DNA of 64,000 nucleotides from Okamejei kenojei (GCA_035221665.1 CM069133.1:35588001-35652000), one strand, 5' to 3'; shown: positions 50,943 to 64,000, counted from the first letter of the stretch. Numbers and translations: made by a program. The notes: generated by a model from the letters alone, not told the origin.

Positions 50943-51587
50943 TCCGCCCCTTCTTCAAAAATATTTTCATGATTCCATTTAAGAATTCGGCAATGTGCGG
51001 GTTAAATTTCAATGTAACTTGCGATGCCTTGTGCAGTAGAGCTGAAGGGTTGTGCACTCCACTGTCCCTTTTCTGCTGAATGGATACTGTCTGGTTTTAT
51101 AACCCATTCGTCAAATATTTTACAATATCACTCGTCAAATCTGAGCATTCAAAGTCAGGAACCAAATGTGGAGCAGATTGACGAAACCTGACAGAGCCTC
51201 ACGGCATTCGCATATCAACTGGTAGAAATTGGTAGAAACTGGCAGAAAATGACCTGAGATTCTGTGAGGTATTGTCAGCCTTTTACCAGTGTTACAGGAC
51301 AAGTTAACTTCCAAGAGTCAAGATTGGTTTATTATCCTCTGTTCGAAATAGAACAATGAAAACCTTGCTCGTAGCAGCACAAAAGTAATTATCGTTCTCT
51401 GCAAAAACCACAATATAAAACAATGACGGTCAATTGTATGGAGTTCGGAGTTTGTTTATTGGTAAATTAGCCGTTGAAGTTTTCACTGTTCCCGATGGCA
51501 GAAGTGAAATGAGAATCTGGGTGGTGTGGGTCTCTGATGGGGATTGTAGCGGCAGATTATTATATCGTTCAAGAGATTACAGAGGAG

Positions 51588-52100
51588 GGACATTCTTGCT
51601 ATTGATGGAGTGCAGCGTAGGTTTACAACGTTAATTCCCGGGATGGCTGGACTGTCATATGCCGAGAGAATGGAGCAGTTGGGCTTGTACACTCTGAAGT
51701 TTAGAAGGATGAGACGGGATCTCATTGAAACATATAAGATTGTTAAGGGCTTCGACACGCTAGATGCAGGAAACATCTTCCCGATGTTGGGGGAGTCCAG
51801 AACCAGAGGCCACAGTTTAAGAATAAGGAGTAAGCCATTTAGAACGGAGACGAGGAAACACTTTTTCTCACAGAGAGTGGCGAGTGTGTGGAATTCTCTG
51901 CCTCAGAGGGCGGTGGAGGCAGGTTCTCAGAATGCTTTCAAGAGAGAGCTAGATATGACTTAAAAATAGCGGAGTCAGGGGATATGGGGAGAAGGCAGGA
52001 ACAGGGTACTGATTGGGGATGATCAGCCATGATCACATTGAATGGTGGTGTTGGCTCAAAGGGCCAAATGGCCAATTCCTGCACCTTTTGTCTATTGTCT
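51588..52100 (+). mobile_element. CR1 3' fragment
   Basis: QRRFTTLIPGMAGLSY...RTRGHSLRIR. Confidence 0.88.
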
Positions 52101-52139
52101 ACTACCTGTAGCCACTCAGGAGACAGCATGGCTTTAGGA

Positions 52140-53826
52140 CAATGTCATATTTCGCATGTGAGCTTTCTGAGCTTCTATGTCGATACATTTTCCTAACACC
52201 GACTTTTGATTAATAGTTTCTTTATTGTTGAAGAAAAACAGTAAGATATTTATCCACCTTTCTTATCTGACTAGTACACTTTAATCTTCGTGAAACTGCA
52301 GCTCTAGTTCATTGATCCATGTCTTATCGCTTAAGAAGCGGTTCGCTGTCAGTTCTCTCGAAAGTTAATCCGCAAGATTTTCTTTTGTGTTATCGTATTT
52401 CAATTGTGCAACATTAGTAACTACCAATGCTCTTTCCAATGGCAAATTGTCTTTGTCCAAATCCAACTCTCTGGTTTCATTGGCTCGATCATCTGAGGGA
52501 ATGCTTTCCAATACATCACAATTGGGTGTTCAATGTCATGAAATCCGATGGACCTCGATTGTGGAATTGATCCAACTACTGACTCACTTGGAGCAGTTTT
52601 TCCTCTCGAACCAGAGTTCATCGTCTTCGATGCTCTAGAGTTGCAACTTGGACCCTCACTTTCCAATATCTCCTTTTGTAATTTGACCACCGCCATCTTT
52701 GTGTCTAGTTCCAGCTGTTCTTTTTGTCGCTCATCTCTTCTTTCATCTGTTCTTCTTGTCACCTCAACTCTGCTCCTTGTCATGTCATCTCTTTCTTTTG
52801 TCGCCTCCTCTCTGCCCCTTGTTGTGTCATCTCTTCTTTCTCTTGCTCAATCTCATGTTGCTTATTCAAGGCCTCCGCTTCTATTGAAAGAGCGGCTAGA
52901 TCGGCTGCAACTCCCAATCGAGCAGAAGCCCTCGATGCTGAACTGGCTGTATAACCAGATTTATGTCTTGACCTTCATGTAGATACGTTCGAGATACTAT
53001 CTCGTAGTGTAATCTCCTCTTCCAATTCAGCATCTTGTTGCATCACACTTCCAGCTATTAAGCACGTAAGTTGTGGTATAATTTCAGATAACCACTCCTC
53101 TGACTCCTCCATGAGTCCAGTGAATATCGTCACACTTGCTTCCCACCACTGTGTGTGTCTTCGTGTTCTTCCTGAGGCGGATGTGAATACAGCAGCACAT
53201 TTTCTTTCTCTCCAACCTCTTGGAAGAGGTTCCATTGTTGGCGCAGATTAGATTCTACTTGATCGTGTTCATAACTGATTCTAATGGTTTCTTCTGTTTC
53301 TCAATTGATTTGGTAAACTGTTCCCACAACTTGTTTCTCTCCTTCTGGGTTTCTTTCAGGTAGGCAGCCTGGGTATTATCTGCATCTTCTCGATACATGA
53401 GTTTCCTGGAGCTTTCCATTGACTCGTTAACTTGTTCTTATATCGAGTTTCCATCCTTCTTGGTTTCTTTCAGGTAGGCAGCTTGTCCTTTGCTGAGCTT
53501 GACTTCGCCACCTTCTGGTATCTCTGACGAACCTATTTCAACTCAAGGTCGGACATCTGGATTTCTCCAGACAAATTGAAAAAAACAAGCTTGTTGGCTA
53601 TTTTCCAAGCTAGCAGAACTAGCTTTCTTCGTCAACATAGAAACCATTCAAGGTAAAGCTTCCCAGCTTTAAAATAAAACAAGTATAATAGTCGTTCTAC
53701 TCACGGTTCCGTGATAATGTCTTCAATCTTCAAATAAGCCATGTTGCTGTCGACAAATCTCTAGGCCAGTATCTGGGTGCGATCCATTGTCTTCAGTGCC
53801 TCTTCTGGAAGCAGTCTTCTGACCAC
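52140..53826 (-). mobile_element. Probable BEL/Pao LTR-element 5' internal (gag-like) fragment
   Basis: Charged coiled-coil frames such as KEQLELDTKMAVVKLQKEILES on the minus strand; no LTR pair or pol domain identified. Confidence 0.4.
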
Positions 53827-53829
53827 AGT

Positions 53830-55150
53830 ATTCTTAAACTGTGAGCCCTGGTTTTGGACTTCCCTAACATCGAGAACATTTTTCCTGCATCTAGCCTGTC
53901 CAATCCTTTAAGAATGTTATATGCTTCTATAAGAACCCCCCACCCCCCATCCTTCTAAATTCCAGCGAATACAAGCCTAGTCGACCAATTCTTTCATCAT
54001 ATGTCTGTCCCACCATCCCGCGAATTAACCAATGCGGCAGTCACCTAATAGCAATAATGTTATTCCTCAAATTAGGAGACCAAAATTGCACACTATACTG
54101 CAGGTACGGTACAAACACAATAGGACCTCCTCGCTCCTATACTTAAATCCTCTCATAAAGGCCAACATGACATTAGCTTTCTTCACTGCCAGCTGTACCT
54201 GCACGCTCACTTTCAGTGACTAATAGACAAGCACACCCAGGTCTCGTTGCACCTCCCCTTTTCTAAATCTGACACAATTACGATATTAATATGCCTTCCT
54301 GTTCTTGCCACTAAAGTGGATAACCTCACACATATCCACATTATATTCACTGGAGTTTAGAAGGATGAAGGGGCATCTTATAGAAACATATAAAATAATA
54401 AAAAGGACTTGACAAGCTAGATGCAGGAAAAATGTTCCCAACGTTGGGCGAGTCTAGAACCAGGAGCCACTGTCTTAGAATAAAGGGGAGGCCATTTAAG
54501 ACTGAGGTGAGAAAAAACGTTTTCACCCAGAGAGTTGTGAACTTGTGGAATTCCCAGCCACAGAGGGGAGTGGAGGCAAATCACTGGATGGATTTAAGAG
54601 AGAGTTAGATAGAGCTCTAGGGGCTGGTGGAATCAAGGGATATGGGGAGAAAGGAGGCACGGGTTATTGATTGGGGACGAACAGCCAAGATCACAATGAA
54701 TGGCGGTGCTGGCTTGAAGGGCCGAATGGCCTTCTCCTGCACCTATTTTCTATTTTTCTATGTTTCTATCTGCATGCATCTTCCCACACACCAACCTATC
54801 CAAGTCATCCTGCAGCCTCATTGCATCCTCATCGCATTTCACACTATTATCCAGCTGAGTGTCATCCGCAAACTTGGAGATATTACATTTAATTCCCTCG
54901 TCCAAATCGTTAATATGTATATTGTAATAATTGGCGTCCCAGCACAGAACCTTGTGGTGCACAACTAGTCAATGCATTCTTACATTCATCTATTCTATAT
55001 CTCCATACATCACCGTCTGTATATCTCGTTCCCATTTCCCTTGACACTCCAGTCTGAAGAAGGGACTCGTCCCGAAACGTCACCAATTCTTTTCTCCAGA
55101 GATGCTGTCGCACCCGCTGAGTTACTGGAAGCTTTTTGTGTCTATATTCG
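53830..55150. mobile_element. Nested CR1 fragments (- strand copy split by a + strand copy at about 54348-54770) plus Penelope terminus
   Basis: Minus copy ...ccacattata resumes at tgcatctt/cccacaca near 54770; 54985-55145 matches the Penelope end at 33850-33990. Confidence 0.75.
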
Positions 55151-56019
55151 ATCCTCAATATCCGACATTAGATAAAAAATAAAACGCATGGCGACCTGCA
55201 CAATGCACAACACTCTCGAGACTTCTCATCAGACCCATTACTAAAGCTATTATTCAATGACAGGAACATAAATTCCCCTTTGAACTCTAACACTACCAAA
55301 TTTCTCTTGCATCGTCAATAGCCAACCACACCCATTCAGCGTATGTGCGCCGCTGAAGCATCTCAACATCCTTCTCCCGACCAACATATCAACGCCCCCG
55401 TTGTTTGTGCATGGGGACGCTAGATATCGGCAGCGTAGTTGAAATAGCTGGGCGCTAACTGATCTCTGTGACATCTCATCAATCTTATATTGCCAACCTG
55501 ATCAAGGTCAGTCAGTGCCACTGTTTCCTCTCTGACCTTCTGCACATATACTTTATTGAAAGAGGGTGGAAAAGGCCCTTCGGCCACCGAGGTCGTACTC
55601 AGCGATCACCTCGTACACTTACACTATCCTACACACTAAGGACAATGTCAAATTTACAGAAAACGCTTTATCTGCTAACCTGTACATCTTTGGAATGCAT
55701 TGGAATGAAATGGATGGAATTGAACGGAATGCTTTATTGTCACATATGAAAAGGCACAGTGAAACACTTGCTTGCATAGCAAGCGTATGCAAATATCGCC
55801 TCATCCGGCGCTAACAAAGTTACAATGTATTCCCGCCGGCTGCTCATTTGGTATTCACCCTCCTCTCCCCCTCCCACTCTCCGGGTCCTGCATTTTTCAT
55901 ACCCCCACCCCACATCCCAGTGGTCACCCCACGCCAGGTTCATACCCCCCCCCCCCCCCCCCCCGCGCCCACCCCCCCCCCCCCACCCCACCCCACCATC
56001 CCAGTGGTCACCCCACGCC

Positions 56020-57831
56020 AAAACAAATGTAGGTCCCTTGCAGTCAGAAACTGGTGAATTGATCACGGGGAACAAGGACATGGCAGACCAATTCAATACC
56101 TACTTTGGTTCTGTCTTCACTAAGGAAGACATAAATAATCTGCAGGAAATAGCAGGGGACCGGGGGTCAAATGAGATGGAGGAACTGAGTGAAATCCAGG
56201 TTAGCCGGGAAGTGGTGCAGGTAAAGTGAATGGATTAAAGGCCGATAAATCCCCAGGACCAGATAGGCTGCATCCCAGAGTATTTAAGGAAGTAGCCCCA
56301 GAAATAGTGGATGCATTTGTGATAATTTTTCAAAACACTTTAGATTCTGGAGTAGTTCCTGATGATTGGAGGGTAGCTAATGTAACCCCACTTTTTAAAA
56401 AGGGAGGGAGAGAGAAAACGGGGAATTACAGACCAGTTAGTCTAACATCGGTAATGGGGAAACTGCTAGAGTCAGTTATTAAAGATGGAATAGCAGCACA
56501 TTTGGAAAGCGGTGAAATCATTGGACAAAGCCAGCGTGGATTTATGAAAGGTAAATCATGTCTGACGAATCTTATAGAATTTTTCGAGGATGTCACTGGT
56601 AGAGTGGATAGGGAAGAACCAGTGGATGTGTTATATCTGGACTTTCTGAAGACTTTCGACAAGGTCCCACATAAGAGATTAGTATACAAACTTAAAGCAC
56701 ACGGTATTGGGGGTTCAGTATTGATGTGGATAGAGAACTGACTGGCAGACAGGAAGCAAAGAGTAGGAGTAAACGGGTCCTTTTCAGAATGGCAGGCAGT
56801 GACTAGTGGGGTACCGCAAGGCTCAGTGCTGGGACCCCAGCTATTTACAATATATATTAATGATCTGGATGAGGGAAGTTAATGCAACATCTCCAAGTTT
56901 GCGGATGACACGTAGCTGGGGGGGGGGGGGGCAGTGTTAGCTGTGAGCAGGATGCTAGGAGGCTGCAAGGTGACTTGGATAAGTTGGGTGAGTGGGATAA
57001 TGCATGGCAGATGCAGTATAATGTGGATAAATGTGAGGTTACCCACTTTGGTGGCAAAAACAGGAAAGTACACTATTCTCTGATTGGTGGCCGATTAGGA
57101 AAAGGGGAGATGCAACGAGACCTGGGTGTCATGGTACACCAGTCATTGAAAGTAGGCATGCAGGTGCAGCAGACAGTGAAGAAAGCGAATGGTATGTTGG
57201 CATTCATAGCAAAAGGATTTGAGTACACGAGCAGGGAGGTTCTACGGCAGTTGTACAGGGTCTTGGTGGGGCCACACCTGGAGTATTGCGCACAGTTTTG
57301 GTCTCCTAATCTGAGGAAAGATATTCTTGCCATAGAGGGAGTACAGAGAATGTTCAGCAGACTGATTCCTGGGATGGCAGGACTTCCATCTGAAGAAAGA
57401 CTGGATAGACTCGGCTTGTACTCGCGGGAATTTAGAAGATTGAAGGGGGATCATATAGAGACTTACATTAGGTTAGATGTAGGAAGATTGTTCCCAATGT
57501 TGGGGAACTCCAGAACAAGGGGTCACAGATTAAGGATAAGGAGGAAGTCTTTTAGGACCGAGATGAGAAAATCATTTTTCACACAGAGAGTATTGAAGCT
57601 GTGGCATTCTCTGCCACAGAATGTAGTTACTGCCAGTTCATTGACTATATTTAAGAGGGAGTTAGATGTGGCCCTTGTGGCTAAAGGGATCAGGGGGTAT
57701 GGAGAGAAGGCAGGTACAGGATACTGAGTTGGATGATCAGCCATGATCACATTGAATGGCGGTGCAGGGTCGAAGGGCCAAATGGCATACTCCTGCATCT
57801 ATTCTCTATGTTTCTATGTTTCTATGTTTCT
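56020..57831 (+). mobile_element. CR1 (HER1-like) LINE, 1.8-kb RT-containing 3' portion
   Basis: KSPGPD, NYRPVSLTS, YLDFLKTFDKVPH, FADD; several stops; intact tail. Confidence 0.93.
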
Positions 57832-57879
57832 AGATCCTCAATTGTTCATTTTTCTACCCCCTCCCTCATCGAGAGTGAG

Positions 57880-58020
57880 AAGAAACTGGATCAGCCGGAT
57901 AAAACCCATGTGACCACAGGGAGAACGCACAAACTCCGGATAGACCACACCCCTAGTTAGGAACGAACCCGGGCCTCTGGTGCCATAAGGGAGCAGCTCT
58001 ACCGCTGCGCCATTGTGCTT
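57880..58020 (-). mobile_element. tRNA-derived SINE 5' part
   Basis: Reverse complement gcacaatggcgcagcggtagagctgct...ggttcgttcc. Confidence 0.7.
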
Positions 58021-58299
58021 CCCTGGCAAAAAGACTAATGGGTGGATGATCATATTGCGATTAATTTCCTGGCACACAGGTTGAGACTTAAGTAAACACC
58101 TTTCGAATGCCAGTCTGCCAGGGCAGACGAAAAAAAATTGAATAGATGCGTTTACTGTAGAAACAATAATTAGACTGGAAGAAATACTGTTGCGACGCCA
58201 TTTTACTTGGAAAGTATTTCTATCATGGGTTGTCGAAATGGAGGGCGGACGAGAACAGCGGATGTCCAGTGAAACTGGAATAAGGGCTGAGCGATTCTC

Positions 58300-58594
58300 T
58301 CAGGGCCCTCGGGGAAATATGGACGATCAACAATGCCATTGAATCTACATCAGCACAAATGCTTTGTGCGCCATTGCTGACAATCAACAAAACAAAAAAC
58401 ATCAGTTAACGGGACAACTCATCTCAACCACCGAAATTCAGAGGAACGTGGGAGGACCTTTCACTTCTGGCACATAAAGCAGAATAATTTTCGCACTGGA
58501 GATTCGTGGTCTGAGAATTCAACAGGGCATCATATGTCCCTATCAATGTGCGGAAATCGTTGGCGTGCTAATTCGACGGGGGTACTCAGCAGTG
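58300..58594 (+). pseudogene. Second NAR-type V relic
   Basis: GEIWTIN near 58312, then STTEIQRNVGGPFTSGT*SRIIFALEIRGLRI...YQCA. DNA 58473-58520 aligns with 25707-25752, and the second Cys is retained. Confidence 0.6.
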
Positions 58595-58889
58595 TTACAA
58601 CTGGGTTGGGTTTTGTTTGGACTGTGATGGAATATACAAGCAATGCAAATTAAAAAAACAAGCATCGCGTACGTAAGGGAAATAGAGAAAATTTCCTTTT
58701 CAACGGAAAGCGTTAATCAAACTTAGAGGCGCTTCCTGAAAGTTTGATTACACAAGAATTTGAGATGTGATGTGACAGTCAATTCGGCCGTAATCTGACT
58801 GACGAAAGGTACGGGTTTATAAAATTACACTAATATCATGGTGTTACTAATGATCCTGGATGCGGCCTTGCGCGTTATGAATTAACGTT

Positions 58890-60130
58890 GAAAACCCAAA
58901 GTAGTAGGGGGGTTAGCATTCCCCAACTTTATGTATTACTACTGGTCTGTAAATATCAGAAACATGATCCAATTGCTGGATAACTCTCCCCAGCAACCGG
59001 ATTAGACGATTATGGAGAAAGAGGATTGCTCTCCTTATAATATTGGAGCAATCATTCTCTCTCCAATATCGATGAATAATATAAATTACAACAATAATCC
59101 AATTATATACAGTACAATTAGAATTTGGAAACAAATGAAACACAATTTAAAATTAAGAAATGTATCTCTCTTATCTCCTATCGGTAAAAACCCCTCATTT
59201 AAACCTTCAATTATAGATAAAGCATTTATACAATGGGAAAGAGCTGGAATTAACATCTTCGGAGATGTGTATGAATTGGGAAAACTGCTATCATTTAAAC
59301 AAATACAACTAAAATACAATTTGGGAAACAATCAGTATTTTAAATATTTCCCAATCTGCGACTATCTGAAAAAATATGCACAAGATTATCACAATATGCC
59401 TCCAGACTTACTGGAAGAAGTAATGAATAGAAAGGCAGAATCAGCAAACCTAATATCATATATAATATTATATATATAATATTATTTTAAATGCAGAAAT
59501 ACCAACAACAGATGGTATCAGGACAGACAGGGAAAAATAAAAGTATATAAATTCCCAAAGAAAGGTGGGAAGAATATTTATTAAATGTGCATAAATGTTC
59601 AATTAATGTAAGACATACTTTAATACAATTTAAAATCATACACAGATTATACTATTCAAAAACTAAAATAAGTAAACTTTTTCCCAACGTCTCACCTATA
59701 TGTGATAAATGTCAATGTCAAGAAGCTAATATAGCACACTCATTTGCCTTTTGTACAAAAATTCAAACATTTTGGACTGAAAGTTTTGAAATTTTCACAA
59801 AAACATTTAAAATAAAACTGACTCCAAAAGCAGACTGGATTATCTTCGGGATATCGGAAGATAGCCCTGAATTAAATGTGTTTCAAAAGACTCTATTTGA
59901 ATATGGCTTAATAACTGGAAAAAAGCTAATCTTAAAATTCTAGAAAAATTCTCCTGTACCAACAGTTAATATGTGGATTTCAACTATGTTCGAAACACTA
60001 CACTAGCAGGAAAATCAGACTGTTTCTATAAGACGTGCTCTGCATTTATACATCTATTACAAGGATAAGGTGCAAGAATACCTCAAAAAAGTACCGGTGT
60101 CGGGTCTTGGCAAAAGGGGAAGAAAAACTG
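58890..60130 (+). mobile_element. L1-clade ORF2 3' fragment
   Basis: Overlaps 37850-38200 in homology (MEKEDCSPYNIGAI) and continues to IQFKIIHRLYY...CDKC...HSFAFC. Confidence 0.88.
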
Positions 60131-60158
60131 TCGAGTTGGTAGATTCCTTTTGCGAGAT

Positions 60159-61830
60159 GGAGGAATGGTCTTTTTTGTCTTCCTCATTTTTCTCTCATTA
60201 GCCGGGTCTTAAAACAGTCAGCAAGACCTCACTTGGGTTTGTACTATTGGACTGGCCAAGCGACCATGTTGCCTGCTTCATCAGACATTATGGCACAATG
60301 ATATACAGGTTATTCCAAAAAACAAGACTTGTCATTCAAACTGTGGTTCAGGAGACTGACCTTTGCACAGTAAAACAATTATTGACTTACACATTTTGAA
60401 TGGATTTACTTATGCCTCAGGTTGTCACATCATGCCATGAAGGTGCTCACTGCAGTGCGCAGCGATAGCACCCAATAAACGGTACATTTCTATTGAGGGG
60501 ATCAGAAGTGTTTTTTGTTAAGTCTTAATTTTACATTTAATACAGTACAGATTACTGACGTTTTCCAGTTCATTTTAAATGGTATTTGACAATAATTCAG
60601 TTATAAAGACATTACAGCTGCAACATAAGCTGCAACATAAGGGAACTACACTGTTGGGTTCAACACAGATATTGATTTGTTAAAAGATCTTGACACAAGT
60701 TCTCCCACTACAAGATTATGCAGTTGGTTATTGTAAATGTGTAAACATTACTTCACCAAGGGGTTCCAGCTACATCCTTAGTTATGAAACTAATATCAGC
60801 ACAACGATGGCAAACGTTGCAAATGCTGCGGCTAGATAGGATGGAATTGGCTGCAGGTTCCATTACCTTTTACATTCTGGTCTACACAAGCAGAGTAGAC
60901 TAGGGGTGGCATGATTTAAGATCATTTTGGAAACCCCACGGTCTCATGTCTATGTTATCAAGGACACCAGAATCCTAAGAAGTATGGAATCAGCATTGTT
61001 CATTAGTAAACAAAAAACTACACTAATGTAGGTCGCAGACTATTTCAAGGTGGCTGTAGCAGGTTCTGGTTATACAGGTATTAACACTGACGATTGTATA
61101 TCTTATTCCACCAGGTGAGCATCAACGTCAGCATATCATTTAGCTAGTGTATTTACATCTCTTTCCACGAGGGCAGCAGCTACATCGGCGGCCAAGGTGA
61201 GGGACGTGCCCGTCGATCATATTTTGGTGGCCGCTGGATCGGCAAATGAGCTGATGTTTCAGCATTTCTATCATCCGCCGATTGCCGATCCAGGGTGTTT
61301 GCCAATGCTATTTTAAGTTCTGTTTAAAGTGCCTGGGATAGAGGGGTACTGTCGTTTGTTTATATTTTAAAATAAACTTTATTACTGCATTAAATGCAAT
61401 GTTACTACTAACGCATTAATTTCTCATTTGAGTCAATCACTGCAGTGGGATGTCAAGATTTGTAATCTGCAGCATGAAATCACAAAGCTTTGAAATCTTC
61501 ACGGAATCACTCACGTGACTCCGGAGTAAAATAGTAAGATTTAACGGGAACTTACCTGTTTGAAGTTTGATCTTGATTTTATGTGGAGTTACGTTGATGA
61601 TTACGTGCCGCCACGCCCAACCCTCTCTCATAAAGGATCATCTGGTAGTCCTCGAGTCACGCATCTTACTATGTCACTTCCGTGTTGTCATTTGTTATTT
61701 CATACCGCTGTTTTTAAGATTGGTGCACATGCGGCCTGGCGGGTCTTCTTCACGTAATCACCAACGTAACTCCTCATGAAATCAAGAACAAACTTCAAAC
61801 TGGTAAGTTCTCGTTTAATCTTACTATTTT
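60159..61830 (+). mobile_element. 5'-truncated second copy of the DIRS1-type element
   Basis: Collinear with 17928-19590, including YR motifs, ICR (about 61497-61608) and right terminus ttactatttt. Confidence 0.9.
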
Positions 61831-61977
61831 ACCATGTTGACCTTTCTCTCAGAGCTCAGCACTGCCGTTGTTTTCAGGTCATTGGCGTTGAGGCGATCAA
61901 CTTAGCTAATAAAATGGGCCCTGAACCTGAAGTTTTTGAGAGACAATAGCATGTGCGTAGGGGTAGCTTCGACATAT

Positions 61978-62049
61978 TCCCCGGAGGTCTCGTGGTTAGG
62001 ATTCGACGCTTTCACCGCCGCGGCCCGGGTCATATTCCCGGTCAGTGAA
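61978..62049 (+). tRNA. tRNA-Glu(TTC) pseudogene
   Basis: 72 nt closely matching vertebrate tRNA-Glu-TTC (…ggattcgacgcTTTCaccgccgcggcccggg…). B box altered (ggtcatattcc), acceptor-stem mismatches, TTTT just downstream. Confidence 0.88.
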
Positions 62050-62749
62050 ACGCTCTTTTGCCATTCATATAATTGGAAAGTTCCCACGTTGAGCAACGCC
62101 TGCGACAGTCTCTCCAACATACAGTACATTCCCATGCAGGAGATGCCATTGTAAACACGGTAGGTGCAATATATTATATTACACCTTCTCCATTTGGACA
62201 ATCCATAATCAAAATACTTTCCAAATAAAATGGCGACACAACTGTATTTCTTACAATCTAATTTACTGTGTTCGGTGTGAACAATGTTGTCTGCTCTACA
62301 TTATGTAAACCGAATTATGTTGTTTGAAGAACATATCCTTTTAGAGCGTAGGAGCAATCCTCAGCTTCCTGTTACGCGCCACTTTCATCATCTTCTCGAT
62401 CCACTTTTGCCCTCTACCCTCTATTCTTTAGAAACAAAGTGCAAGAGAAGATCGAAGATCGATAGGTCACCTTCCGGTGGGCACATTTCAGTCTTCCGGT
62501 CTCAATATTCAAATCTAAAATTTTGCTAACCAACGCCTGCTTTCCGTTTGGATAATAACTCCACCTGCGATGATCATACGAATGCCTCGTAATAATATTT
62601 TTCATTTCCAAAAGTGAGCTGTCAGTCTTGTTCGCTCCAGAGATAAAGAAATCCCAACCTATCCAGTCTGTTGAACATTGAAAATTTCCAGCCCTGATAA
62701 AACCCTTGTTGAATATTCTGCCGCATTCCACTTAATTATATGCTTCCTA

Positions 62750-63041
62750 ATGCCCCTGTGCCACATAGGAAACCCGAACGGAAACCTCTGGAGACTTTGC
62801 GCCCCACCCAAGGTTTCTGTGCGGTTCCCGGATGTTTTTGTCCTCCGGCAACTACCGTCAACTAGCATCGCAACAGGCTTCGACTAAAAAATTACCGATT
62901 TTTAAAACGGAAACCACTTTCGACCATTACGGAGACTGCCAAAAAACCTCCGGGTACCACCGGGAACCACACGGAAACCTTGGGCGTGGCGCAAAGTCTC
63001 CAGTGGTTTCCATTCAGGTTTCCTAAGTGGGACAGGGGCAT
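62750..63041. mobile_element. MITE with ~90-bp TIRs (PIF/Harbinger-like or TA-targeting)
   Basis: atgcccctgtgccacataggaaacc... and ...ggtttcctaagtgggacaggggcat are inverted copies, flanked by TA on each side. Confidence 0.85.
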
Positions 63042-63319
63042 TAGATGTTCTGACCTAGGCAATATTGCACACACCGTTTCACCAACGTCCTGTATCGTAT
63101 ATTAAGCGCTCAATTTCCCTTGATGTCAAGCAGTTCCTTCGGTCCTCCGTGACGAATGTTTGCCGTTTTTTCATTAAACTCCACTTGAAGTCGGCTGGGT
63201 GCGACAACTGTGGTAAAATAAACACAAAACAGAAACTGAATGAGGGGAGGGTTATCCTACCTTCACCACTCAGATAGACTCGCATTGATTTCAAACATAT
63301 TCGGGATGGAATACACCGT

Positions 63320-63935
63320 ATGGTGAAAGGCTTGGATGCAGTGGATGGAGAGAGAATGTTTCTACCAGTGGGGGCGTCTAGGACTAGAGGTCATAGCATC
63401 AGAATTGAAGGACGTACTTTTAGGAAGGATATGATGAGGAGATTTATTTGTCAGGGGTTGGTGAATCTATGGAATACTTTGCCACAGCAGGCTGCGGAGG
63501 CTAAGTCAGAAGATATTTTAAAGGCATAGATAGAGAGATAGATAATTGAGCATTGAAAACGTCGAAAACAGGTGCAGGAGTAGGCCATTTGGCCCTTCGA
63601 GCCTGCACGGGAGTTTATGGGTAGAATGTTGCAGTTGTATAAGACATAGGTGAGACTGCATTTAGAATATATTGTTAAGTTTGGGCATTATATATTGTCA
63701 AAGATATTGACAAGCTTGAAAGGGTTCAGTAAAGATTTACGATGATTTTGCCAGTCTAGATGGTGTGTGCTGTAGGGAGAGGTTGAGTAGGCTGGGTCTC
63801 AATTCCATGGGACGAAAGTGGATCCGCGGTGTTCTTATGAAGGCGTACAAAGTCATGAGAAGGAAAGATCGGGTAGATGCGCAAAGTCTCATTCAGGAGT
63901 AAGTGTATCGAGGACCAGAGGACATAGGTTTCCCG
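63320..63935 (+). mobile_element. Old CR1 fragments
   Basis: KGLDAVDGERMFL...SRTRGHSIRI and a degraded second piece. Confidence 0.7.
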
Positions 63936-64000
63936 CTGATCTTTCCCCCTGAAGAGTGTAAATAAGAACACTCAAAAGAACCTTTCGATTTTATTTTTCA

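Noticed and set aside
55330-55470. YRQ-containing frame resembling V FR2
   Set aside because: Trp and both Cys absent; compatible with chance.

Overview
Repeat-dense vertebrate genomic DNA, most likely from a cartilaginous fish (skate/ray-like). This assignment is inferred from the HER1-type CR1 LINEs, tRNA-derived SINEs, a chondrichthyan-type GPR139-like receptor and NAR-type V segments. Most ORF-track entries are transposon debris. The one clearly intact gene is a two-exon, 326-aa class A GPCR (28558-28627 + 29695-30605), with a disabled paralog in a local segmental duplicate (46740-48596). Between the repeats lies a decayed antigen-receptor region that the ORF track misses. It comprises a NAR-type V pseudogene with leader exon and RSS (25325-25844), an RSS-flanked J (26111-26207), a TCR alpha/delta-type V pseudogene with RSS and no visible leader (42120-42456), and more eroded V relics at about 7650, 11400 and 58300. 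The order NAR-V, J, TCR-V resembles a NAR-TCR cassette, here interleaved with GPCR genes. Mobile elements with resolvable ends include a 4.1-kb hAT-like element with a 6-bp TSD, a complete DIRS1-type element and a Helitron inserted 34 bp apart in one LINE, and a 1.3-kb non-coding LTR element with a related solo LTR. L1, Penelope, RTE, Rex1, Vingi and BEL-like fragments, a MITE and a tRNA-Glu pseudogene are also present. All calls come from manual reading; no database searches were run.
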